Assembly (NCBI GenBank): GCA_030167145.1
Contig: CP126532.1
Coordinates: 2,940,001 to 2,972,000, forward strand
DNA length: 32,000 nt
Source: Ktedonobacterales bacterium
GTDB taxonomy: Bacteria > Chloroflexota > Ktedonobacteria > Ktedonobacterales > JADMIN01
Direction of reading: 5' to 3'
Below are positions 8,195 through 15,556 of this stretch, piece by piece; within the stretch, counting starts at the first letter, position 1; each line of letters opens with the position of its first letter. The notes under the pieces are model-generated. The model was not told the DNA's origin. It worked only from the letters and a program-made list of their open reading frames with translations, and did no database searches. The position numbers and the translations under genes were made by a program.

Positions 8195-8704
8195 TCAGCG
8201 TAGTGCGAGTTGATAGACCGGTTCTCCCCAACGTTCGGCGCCAGTCAAGCGAAAGCCCGCAGCGAAATAGAGATTCTGCGCTTGATGATTCTCAGGATGG
8301 ACCACAAGTTGCAGCATGTGACACTGCTGATGTTCGGTTTTGACCAATTCTATGAAATGCCGCAACGCGGTCTTGCCGTAGCCACGACCCTGATAGCGCT
8401 GGTCAATGAAGAAGTGGAATATCCAGTACTGGTCAGAGCTGCCCGGTTCGTAGGCAAGCGCCACGAATCCGACCATCGTGGGACCGGCATAGATGGCATA
8501 TGGAAGCCATGTCGCGCCGCCGAGACGGAGGTAGGCTTTGGCGAGCGCGACTGCGACGATGGGAGCGTACTCGGAGACGAATCGCTGCTGATCGGGATGA
8601 ACAGCCAGGCGTAGAGCTTCTTGCCAATTCTCTTGCGTGACAGGACGCAACGAGAGTTCTTCATCCCCTGTCTGCAGCGTAGGCTCAGCAATATTATGGG
8701 ACAT
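8195..8704 (-). CDS. GNAT family N-acetyltransferase (SpeG/diamine acetyltransferase-like by motif)
   Basis: LRPVTQENWQEALRLAVHPDQQRFV...YWIFHFFIDQRYQGRGYGKTALRHFIE...NLYFAAGFRLTG carries the Q/R-x-x-G-x-G/A acetyl-CoA loop. Its ATG lies 11 nt inside the 3-prime end of the PIN gene (8694-8704). Confidence 0.85.
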   Translation of the reverse strand: MSHNIAEPTLQTGDEELSLRPVTQENWQEALRLAVHPDQQRFVSEYAPIVAVALAKAYLRLGGATWLPYAIYAGPTMVGFVALAYEPGSSDQYWIFHFFIDQRYQGRGYGKTALRHFIELVKTEHQQCHMLQLVVHPENHQAQNLYFAAGFRLTGAERWGEPVYQLALR

Positions 8705-9116
8705 ACTGCATGATGTCTTTCGGGTTCACTACGGGTACGGTCACGCCTTGTTTAAAGTCATCGGGATTGTGAGTAACGATTAGATCAATGCGGTAGATCT
8801 GGCTACAGGCAATTTGGACGTTATCCTCGAAGTCACTTCCGGGCAAGGTGAGGGCCTTTAGGACGACTGCCGCATCAATAGTGAGCAACCCAAATGTCGA
8901 GACACATCGCTCAATGGTGCGCTTGGCTTCAGCATTGCCTAACGGCTTACGCAGAATATAGAAAATGTCTGTTAAGACAGAGGTAGGGAGATAGAGATCC
9001 AGCTTTCCCTCATCGTGATATTGCCACAGGGATTGGGCTTCATCTGACCAGGGCTTACGATCATTGAGCCAATCAATGACGACATTGGTATCAACCAACG
9101 CCTTTACAGTTGGCAT
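8694..9116 (-). CDS. PIN-domain toxin (VapC-like)
   Basis: MPTVKALVDTNVVIDWL...SDFEDNVQIACS...IVTHNPDDF shows the PIN acidic quartet pattern. It overlaps the upstream antitoxin gene by 1 nt. Confidence 0.85.
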   Translation of the reverse strand: MPTVKALVDTNVVIDWLNDRKPWSDEAQSLWQYHDEGKLDLYLPTSVLTDIFYILRKPLGNAEAKRTIERCVSTFGLLTIDAAVVLKALTLPGSDFEDNVQIACSQIYRIDLIVTHNPDDFKQGVTVPVVNPKDIMQYVP

Positions 9117-9343
9117 CAGTCATACCGTTCCCTTCGGATCTCATCCAGGAGCGCCGTTTCATCCAGCGGTCTAGCGGTTCTGACGATACCGCGCAAACTC
9201 ATGGCTGATCCCTGACCGCGATCTGGTGTGGGGGGCGGCTCGCGTCGAGGCGCCGTCTGTACGATTTCACGCGCGATCTCCCATTGCTCGTCAGTAGGCA
9301 ATTGGCGGACTGCTTCCATGATAGCCTGTCGGTCCAGATGCAT
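9116..9343 (-). CDS. type II antitoxin partner of the PIN toxin
   Basis: MHLDRQAIMEAVRQLPTDEQWEIAREIVQ...GSAMSLRGIV...DEIRRERYD. ATG 9343 is preceded by AAAGGAAGG; the ORF track start at 9364 is a GTG without an SD. The LPxxEQxEI N-terminus and short C-terminal toxin-binding tail resemble antitoxins paired with PIN toxins. Confidence 0.6.
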   Translation of the reverse strand: MHLDRQAIMEAVRQLPTDEQWEIAREIVQTAPRREPPPTPDRGQGSAMSLRGIVRTARPLDETALLDEIRRERYD

Positions 9344-9432
9344 CAGTGCTTGCCTTCCTTTCACGGCCCATGATCGGTGTCGCGATTCCTGACCTCATGG
9401 GCGGACCCGCTGGCAAGGATCGTATCAGCAGT

Positions 9433-9461
9433 AGTATATCAGCAGGGCAGTACAGCAGCAA
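9433..9461 (-). promoter_or_regulatory. candidate promoter of the antitoxin-PIN-GNAT operon with direct-repeat operator
   Basis: Minus strand reads TTGCTG (9461-9456), 17 nt, TATACT (9438-9433). Direct repeats CTGCTGATA (plus-strand TATCAGCAG at 9423-9431 and 9437-9445, period 14) overlap and flank the -10, as expected for an autoregulated TA operator. Confidence 0.4.
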
Positions 9462-9481
9462 GGGCGAGGCGGGCCTCGCCC
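9462..9481 (-). terminator. hairpin downstream of valS (weak terminator candidate)
   Basis: GGGCGAGGC / GCCTCGCCC inverted repeat begins 18 nt after the valS TAA. No clear U-run follows; the next bases are TTGCTGCTG. Confidence 0.35.
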
Positions 9482-9498
9482 CTACCACTAGAAATGCG

Positions 9499-11988
9499 TT
9501 ATCGTTCGATGGCTACGCCCACTGCGCCATCCGCTGGCGCGGCCTCTAGCGCAGGATCGAGGGTCGCGGCGAACTCCACCTTGCGGGCGCGGGTGACGCT
9601 GCGGATGTCGGTTTCCGCCGCGCGCAATGTCTCCGCCAGCGCCGCATCGTCGGTGGCGATCTGGATGCGCGCCAGTTCCGCGCCGAGCGCGATGCCGCGC
9701 TCGCTCTTATAGCGCCGCGCCGCCGTCGCCAGCGCCACCAGCGCCTCGCCTGCCGCTTCGGCCTGTTCGTCTATCAGCGTGTCATCGGCCACCGGCCAGC
9801 GCGCACGGTGGATCGAGCCGCCGCCATGGGACGCCGCGAAGATGCCCTGGTAGATCGCCTCCGCCACGTGCGGCAGGAACGGCGCGAACATTTTCAGCAC
9901 CGCCAGCAGCACCGAGGTGAGCGTGTGGACCGCGCCCGCGTGGCCGGGGTCGTCCGCGTCGTAGAGCCGCGCCTTTGCCATTTCCAGGTAGTTATCGGCG
10001 AGGTCGCGCCAGAAGAACGCCTCCACCTCGGCCTTCGCCGCCGCCCACTCGTAGCCCTCCATCAGTTCGGTGACGCGCTGGATGAGGCGCTCCGCACGCG
10101 AGAGCAGCCAGCGGTCGGTTGGCGTCAGCGCCAGGTGCGCCCCATGCGAACCCGCGTCATCGGCGATGAAGCGTTCGCTGAAGCGGGCGACATTCCAGAG
10201 CTTCGTCGCTAGTTTTAGCCCGTTGCGCATCTTCTCTTCGCTGATGACTGAATCTTTGCCGGGGCCGGTGCTCGCCGCCCAATAGCGCGCCGCGTCGGCT
10301 GAGAAGCGCGTCATCGCCTCTGCCGGAGCGATAGGGCCACCGCCGCGACTTTTGCTGATCTTCGCCGCGACCGGGCTACCACCGCGACTCTTGCTGATCT
10401 TTGCCTCGCCTTCGCCGGCCAGCCCCCAGCCGGAGATCGCCACGTCGCGCCAGGGCAGCGCGCCAAAGTGATGCAGCGACTTGAGGATGGTGTAGAACGC
10501 CCACGTGCGGATGATCTCGTGCGCCTGGGGCCGCAGCGTGAACGGGAACACCCGCGCGTAGAGCGCCGGATCGTCGAGCATGCGCCCGATGATCTGCGGC
10601 GACATCGAAGACGTGGCCCAGGTGTCCATCACATCCGGCTCCGGCGTGAACGCGCCGCCGCCGCAAGCGCAGGCACGCGGCGGCTCGGTTGTCGTCGGAT
10701 CCACCGGCAACTGCGCCTCATCGGCCACCAGCGCTTCACCGCAGGCGTCGCAGTACCACACGGGAATCGGCACGCCAAAGTAGCGCTGGCGCGAGATGTT
10801 CCAGTCCCATTTGAGATTCTCGACCCACTCGCGATAGCGCGCGCCCATATGCTCAGGATGCCAGGCGATGCGCTCGCCCGCCGCGATTAGCTCGGCCTTG
10901 AAGTCCAGCGCGCGGACGAACCACTGCGGCGTGACGATATACTCCACCGGCGTATCACAACGCTCATGCACGCGCACCGTCTGCGTCATCGGCTCGCGCG
11001 CCAGCAGCAGCCCGCGCGCGTCGAGGTCCGCGATGATGCGCGCCCGCGCCGCGCTCGCCGTCAGCCCGGCATACGCGCCCGCCGCTTCGGTGAGCCGTCC
11101 GTCGCGGCCCAGGATGATGCGTAGCGGCAACGAGTATTCGCGCCACCACTCGATGTCCGTGGTATCGCCGAAGGTGCAGCACATCACCGCGCCGGTGCCT
11201 TTTGCCGGATCGGCTTTGGCGTCCGCCAGCAGCGGTACCTCGTCGCCCAGCGGCGTCGTCACCATCTGCCCGGTGCGGTTGGCGTAGCGCGGGTCGTTGG
11301 GATGGACGAAGACGGCGACGCATGCGGGCAGCAGTTCCGGGCGCGTGGTGGCGATGGGCAGCGTTTCGCCATCGGCGAAGCGGAACGCGAGCGTGTAGAA
11401 CGTCGTCTCGCGCTCCAGGTCGCTGAGTTCGGCCTGGGCAATGGCCGTCTGGCATTCGGGACACCAGATGGCGGGCGCGTCCTGCCGGTAGACTAGCCCC
11501 TTGCGGTGCAGGTCCAGGAATGACCACTGCGAGGTGCGGCGGGCGTTGTCGTCAATCGTGCGGTAGGTGTAGCAGTAGTCAATCGAGAGACCCAGCCGCC
11601 GCCACAGCGCCTGATAGTCCTGCTCGGCTTCTTCGCTCACTTCCAGACATTTAGCGATGAACGCCGCGCGCCCAATCTGCGGCGCGGTGACGCCGTAGCG
11701 CTTCTCCACCAGCCGTTCGGTGGGCAGGCCGTTGTCGTCGAAACCCATCGGATAGTAGACGTTGTCACCGCGCATACGCCGGAACCGCGCCAGGAAGTCG
11801 GTATGGCTGTAGCTGTAGACGTGCCCCAGGTGCAGATGGCCGGAGACGGTCGGCGGCGGCGTGTCAATCGCGTACACCGGCGCGCGTGTCGTGTCATCCA
11901 GCGCGAAGTCGTAGACGCGCTCGCGCTGCCAGAATGCTTGCATCTCCGGCTCGATAGCGCCGGGATCGTACTGTTTCGCCAATGCCAT
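9499..11988 (-). CDS. valS: valine--tRNA ligase (actinobacterial/archaeal-type ValRS)
   Basis: VYAIDTPPPTVSGHLHLGHVYSYSHTDFLARFRRMRGDNVYYPMGFDDNGLPTE carries the HIGH-type motif, and KISKSRGG is the KMSKS motif. Start placed at ATG 11988 (MALAKQYDPGAIEPEMQ), preceded by AAAGGAG. The 12102 start in the ORF track would read through the leader. Confidence 0.9.
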   Translation of the reverse strand: MALAKQYDPGAIEPEMQAFWQRERVYDFALDDTTRAPVYAIDTPPPTVSGHLHLGHVYSYSHTDFLARFRRMRGDNVYYPMGFDDNGLPTERLVEKRYGVTAPQIGRAAFIAKCLEVSEEAEQDYQALWRRLGLSIDYCYTYRTIDDNARRTSQWSFLDLHRKGLVYRQDAPAIWCPECQTAIAQAELSDLERETTFYTLAFRFADGETLPIATTRPELLPACVAVFVHPNDPRYANRTGQMVTTPLGDEVPLLADAKADPAKGTGAVMCCTFGDTTDIEWWREYSLPLRIILGRDGRLTEAAGAYAGLTASAARARIIADLDARGLLLAREPMTQTVRVHERCDTPVEYIVTPQWFVRALDFKAELIAAGERIAWHPEHMGARYREWVENLKWDWNISRQRYFGVPIPVWYCDACGEALVADEAQLPVDPTTTEPPRACACGGGAFTPEPDVMDTWATSSMSPQIIGRMLDDPALYARVFPFTLRPQAHEIIRTWAFYTILKSLHHFGALPWRDVAISGWGLAGEGEAKISKSRGGSPVAAKISKSRGGGPIAPAEAMTRFSADAARYWAASTGPGKDSVISEEKMRNGLKLATKLWNVARFSERFIADDAGSHGAHLALTPTDRWLLSRAERLIQRVTELMEGYEWAAAKAEVEAFFWRDLADNYLEMAKARLYDADDPGHAGAVHTLTSVLLAVLKMFAPFLPHVAEAIYQGIFAASHGGGSIHRARWPVADDTLIDEQAEAAGEALVALATAARRYKSERGIALGAELARIQIATDDAALAETLRAAETDIRSVTRARKVEFAATLDPALEAAPADGAVGVAIER

Positions 11989-12100
11989 AGCTGTCGCTCC
12001 TTTCGGTGGCCGCTGGCGGAAGCGGGCGGTTGAAACCGCGCCTGGATGGCCTATGGCCGCGAAGTCCGCCTGCGCGGACTGGAGCCAGAACGCAGCCAAC

Positions 12101-12138
12101 AAAAAACGCCCTTCCGTCCATACGAGGACGAAAGAGCG
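12101..12138 (-). terminator. intrinsic terminator of the T-box leader
   Basis: Minus strand reads CGCTCTTTCGTCC-TCGTAT-GGACGGAAGGGCG. This is a 13-bp stem with 2 G-U pairs (12138-12107), followed directly by TTTTTT (12106-12101). Confidence 0.8.
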
Positions 12139-12300
12139 CGTGCGCGCTTCCGCGGTACCACCTCAATTTGCCGGGCGCGTTCTCTAGTGGTCGCGCCGGC
12201 ACACTTTACATCCCGACGGGCGCTGTGTTGGTGGCTGGCCCTGGCGCCAGGGTTGCGCCGATTCACACCGCCGATCAGGGTCTCGCGCTAACGGGCGTAC
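12101..12300 (-). promoter_or_regulatory. T-box riboswitch leader upstream of valS
   Basis: Minus strand 12169-12151 reads AAATTGAGGTGGTACCGCG, which matches the conserved T-box core GGTGGTACCGCG exactly. The terminator hairpin plus U-run follows. AGCGCGAGA and GGTGTGAA upstream resemble the AG-bulge and distal-loop motifs. The 5-prime boundary and the specifier codon are not resolved. Confidence 0.75.
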
Positions 12301-12485
12301 CCGTGCCGATCTACCAGCCGCGTCGCGACGCGGCGTTCCCCGGCAAGCTGCTCCAGGGCGACCTTCGGCGGGATGCTGCTGCGGGGGCTTCCACCCAACC
12401 GGCGCTACTACTGCCGGTGGCCCCAACGTCGCTGTCAGCGCGCTCGCCGCCTACTCCTCCCGGAGATGACCGTAGCGACGAATCG

Positions 12486-12926
12486 CTACTGCGCGCAGTA
12501 TACGCGGGGCGCGCGGCGGGTGTCAATTGCGTTGCTGTCGCCTGTACTCAGAGGCGGCGCGGCCCTGAGCAGCGCCCCGGCGGCCACCACTCCCGCGACG
12601 CGCAGACCCAGGGCGACGACGCCCGCCGCGACCACGCCGACCGTCACGACCCCCACACTGACGATCCCCAGCGCCGCCACGCCGAGCGCGACAACGCCAA
12701 TCGCGACGGGGCCAACCGCCACCACACCCAGCGCGACCACGCCAACGGCGATGACGCCTTGGGCCGTGTCGCCAACGGCGATGACGCCTTGGGCCGTGTC
12801 GCCAACGGCGATGATGCCGCGCGCATGGGCGATGCTGCGGCGTCCACCGGCTGGGCGCGCGCCAATGGCGACATGCACGAGTGGCATGCCGCGCCACGTC
12901 TGCGGTGAGCGAAACTCCATAGCCAT
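12486..12926 (-). CDS. Gly-x4 pentad repeat membrane protein, unknown function
   Basis: MAMEFRSPQTWRGMPLVHVAIGARPAGGRRSIAHARGIIAVGDTAQGVIAVGDTAQGVIAVGVVALGVVAVG... contains 16 consecutive G-x4 pentads. SD GGGGGA lies upstream of the ATG. The N-terminal W-R-G-(M/L)-P-L-V-H-(V/I)-A motif resembles uncharacterised repeat membrane proteins I recall from other phyla. The plus-strand Thr/Pro-rich frame has no SD. Confidence 0.6.
   Translation of the reverse strand: MAMEFRSPQTWRGMPLVHVAIGARPAGGRRSIAHARGIIAVGDTAQGVIAVGDTAQGVIAVGVVALGVVAVGPVAIGVVALGVAALGIVSVGVVTVGVVAAGVVALGLRVAGVVAAGALLRAAPPLSTGDSNAIDTRRAPRVYCAQ
12741..12818. repeat. perfect 30-bp tandem repeat, 2.6 copies, inside the Gly-x4 repeat gene
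   Basis: GCCAACGGCGATGACGCCTTGGGCCGTGTC occurs at 12741-12770 and 12771-12800, followed by a partial copy GCCAACGGCGATGATGCC. It encodes the duplicated GDTAQGVIAV decapeptide. A degenerate 15-nt periodicity extends from about 12590. Confidence 0.9.
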
Positions 12927-13132
12927 CGTTGTTTCCCCCTCTCGCGTCTCACGCCAAGTCTCCTCATGGGCGCGTTATGCGGCCCGAAGTCTTGCCTGCG
13001 AATACGCGCGAAGGTTACATGCGCGCTGGCGGCGTGACGGCTGGCAGCGCGCGTGGCAGAGGGCACGCACACCTGGCAGAAAAGCACGACGCCGAAGCGT
13101 TACCCATCGAATTGGTAAGGTGGCTGGAAGAG

Positions 13133-14290
13133 CTATGCGTTCAGCGCATAGACCGTGCCGCCCACGTTCGCTATGTAGAGGACACCATTGCTCAGTTGCG
13201 GTAGACCTTGAAAGCGCGTTGCGGCGGTATAGCGCCACTGGGTTATGCCTTCAGCCGGGGTGATGGCGTAGAGCGTCTCGCCAACAGCAATATACAAACT
13301 CTTGGCGCTGATGGTGGCGCCGCCAGTGTGCCCCCCGATGTCCTTCTGCCAGAGGATCCAATGCGATGGATCGGAGATATTGTATGCGCCAAATGAATGC
13401 GTGCCAATAGTTGTATAGACATAGGCGCCGTCTATGGCTGGGGCGCTGGAAACCGCACTGCCCGTGTTGGTCTGCCCTACTATATGGCCGTCGCTCGTGC
13501 GCAGCATATACAAGACGCCCGTATCGGTGTGCAGATAGAGCGAATCGCCGCTGATCGCCAGAGTGCTGTAAAAAGCTCCGTTGAGGGCGAGACTCCAACG
13601 CGGTTTGCCGGTAGTGACATCGAGCGCATAGAAACGTTTCGCATTCGAGGAGATGTAGACCACTCCGTTTGCGACGACAGGTTGCGTGGTGTACGAGTCC
13701 TCCAGCGCGAATTTCCAGCGTATTTGCCGGTTGCTCAGCGCCAGCGCATAGAGATAGCGGTCCCCACCCGATACCAGGAGCAGGTTATCGCTTACGACGG
13801 GCGAATTATCAATACGCGCTCCAGCCTGCGTTGACCACATCTTTGTTCCATCGGCTGCCCGCAGCGCGTAAACAAGAGCGGATTCCGTACCTACGTACAC
13901 CACGCCATCCACGACGGTAGGACGAGCAAAAACTCTGCCCTGTGCCTGAAACGACCAGAGTTGCTTCCCGTCAGTCGCCTCCAAGGCATAGATCATCCCG
14001 TTGTCACAACCGAGATAGACCATACCACCGGCTACAGTAACGCCACCGGCTGTGGTGCAGTCGGTGCTCGCGTACTGCCAGCGAACACGCTGATTTGACA
14101 CTGGTTTGGGCTTCAACACCTGGTACATGCCAAATAAGCTACTGGTGAGCAATAGAGCGCCAACGCACAACGAGATGGCAGTGCGAACGCTCGTTCCGAA
14201 CAGCATACCAGTTAAGGAAGGCTTTCGAGGTGGAATGCGGATGGTCCCGGTCTGATATGGCGTGTCGCTGGTAAATGGCGGTTCGTACAT
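13133..14290 (-). CDS. PQQ-like beta-propeller repeat protein with N-terminal membrane anchor (BamB-like fold)
   Basis: The TM segment is AISLCVGALLLTSSLFGMY. The body has repeated G.VY(V/L)G...G.(I/L)YAL....G...W motifs (GMVYLGCDNGMIYALEATDGKQLWSF, VVYVGTESALVYALRAADGTKMWST, and others). SD AGGAGA lies 7 nt upstream. The gene is visibly lower in GC. Confidence 0.8.
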   Translation of the reverse strand: MYEPPFTSDTPYQTGTIRIPPRKPSLTGMLFGTSVRTAISLCVGALLLTSSLFGMYQVLKPKPVSNQRVRWQYASTDCTTAGGVTVAGGMVYLGCDNGMIYALEATDGKQLWSFQAQGRVFARPTVVDGVVYVGTESALVYALRAADGTKMWSTQAGARIDNSPVVSDNLLLVSGGDRYLYALALSNRQIRWKFALEDSYTTQPVVANGVVYISSNAKRFYALDVTTGKPRWSLALNGAFYSTLAISGDSLYLHTDTGVLYMLRTSDGHIVGQTNTGSAVSSAPAIDGAYVYTTIGTHSFGAYNISDPSHWILWQKDIGGHTGGATISAKSLYIAVGETLYAITPAEGITQWRYTAATRFQGLPQLSNGVLYIANVGGTVYALNA

Positions 14291-14591
14291 GCATGAATCT
14301 CCTGACGATAGAACGTATGATAGCCAGCCGCTATAGTGTAGTTAGCCTACTGGCTGAGGTGCAGTATAACAGCATGTAGGTAGATGCGGAAGGGAGAATG
14401 TGGCGCTACCAGAGCTGGCCCGGTGTCATCTACGGGCGGTATCAGTCGTAACACACATGAGGTGATGGTTTGGACTGCTGGCCAGTTGAACTGCTGTACC
14501 AATGGCCGAAGCGCGGAGCCGTGCGTGCGAGCTATACTGCATCGTTGGACACACGGCGCAACCCGCCCCCATCGTAAGGAGCGATACCTTC

Positions 14592-15425
14592 ATGCAGCAC
14601 TACCTCTGCGTCACCTGCGGCGCCCAATATCCCGCCAGCGACACACCGCCCGCGCGCTGCCTCATCTGCGATGACGACCGCCAGTACATCAATCCCGACG
14701 GCCAGCAGTGGACCACGCTCGCCGCGCTTCAGGGGCATCATATCAACCGCTTCGCCGCGATCGCGCCGGGCATCACCACCATCAGCACCGAGCCGAAGGT
14801 GGGCATCGGCGAGCATGCGCATCTGCTCCAGACGCCGCAGGGCAATGTCCTGTGGGACTGCATCGCCTACTTCGACGACGCCACCGTGCGCGAGATCCAG
14901 GCGCGCGGCGGCATTACGGCCATCGCCATCTCGCACCCGCACTTCTACTCCACGATGATCGAATGGAGCCGCGCGCTCGGCAACGTCCCGATCCACCTGC
15001 ACGCCGACAACCAGCCCTGGGTGATGCGCCCTGACCCAGCCGTGCGCTACTGGGATGGCGAATCGCTCGACCTGCTCCCTGGCGTCACGCTGCTGCGCTG
15101 CGGCGGCCATTTCCCCGGCAGCACGGTCCTCCACTGGCGCGACGCGAACGACGGCGCGGGCGCGCTCTTCACCGGCGATACGATCAAAGTCGTCGCCGAC
15201 CAGCGCTGGGTGACGTTCATGTACAGTTATCCGAACAGCATCCCGCTGGATGAGTACACCGTCCGCCACATCGCCGATACCGTCGCGCCGCTGCCCTTCG
15301 CGCGCCTCTACGACGGCTGGACCAGCGTCACCGGCGACGCGAATGACGCCGTGCGCCGCTCCGCCGAGCGCTACATCGCGCACCTGCGCGGCGACACACC
15401 CGGACGCCTCCGCCCCGACCAATAG
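14592..15425 (+). CDS. MBL-fold metallo-hydrolase family protein with N-terminal Cys4 motif
   Basis: Start at ATG 14592 (MQHYLCVTCGAQYPASDTPPARCLICDDDRQY), preceded by AAGGAG. The fold is MBL-like, but the metal motif reads SHPHFYS rather than HxHxDH. Confidence 0.75.
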   Translation: MQHYLCVTCGAQYPASDTPPARCLICDDDRQYINPDGQQWTTLAALQGHHINRFAAIAPGITTISTEPKVGIGEHAHLLQTPQGNVLWDCIAYFDDATVREIQARGGITAIAISHPHFYSTMIEWSRALGNVPIHLHADNQPWVMRPDPAVRYWDGESLDLLPGVTLLRCGGHFPGSTVLHWRDANDGAGALFTGDTIKVVADQRWVTFMYSYPNSIPLDEYTVRHIADTVAPLPFARLYDGWTSVTGDANDAVRRSAERYIAHLRGDTPGRLRPDQ

Positions 15426-15556
15426 CCGGATGCCACATCCGCTCGCTTCTTAGAAATCTGCCAGAGATTGCCCGCGCCGCTGGCAGGTGGCGCGGCAGGC
15501 ATGCCATACTGCTTCGCGGAAACGTGGCGTTTCCACCCAACAACAAGGAGTAGACT

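Noticed and set aside
11989-12102. 5-prime extension of valS to the ORF-track start at 12102.
   Set aside because: The extension would be translated from the region just downstream of the T-box terminator. ATG 11988 has an AAAGGAG SD, and the protein aligns with ValRS N-termini from MALAKQYDP.
12590-12830. The plus-strand Thr/Pro-rich repeat frame (TTPATRRPRATTPAATTPTVTTP...) as the real product of the repeat region.
   Set aside because: It is part of a 296-aa shadow ORF with no SD that runs through neighbouring intergenic DNA. The minus-strand frame has an SD, a sensible start and a recognisable N-terminal motif.
14291-14591. Several dyads in the 300-bp divergent intergenic region as a possible structured RNA (GTAGATG...CATCTAC, CCAGAGCTGG, AGCCAG...CTGGCT).
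   Set aside because: The stems are short, no terminator or known riboswitch motif is present, and the region is adequately explained as two divergent promoter and UTR regions.
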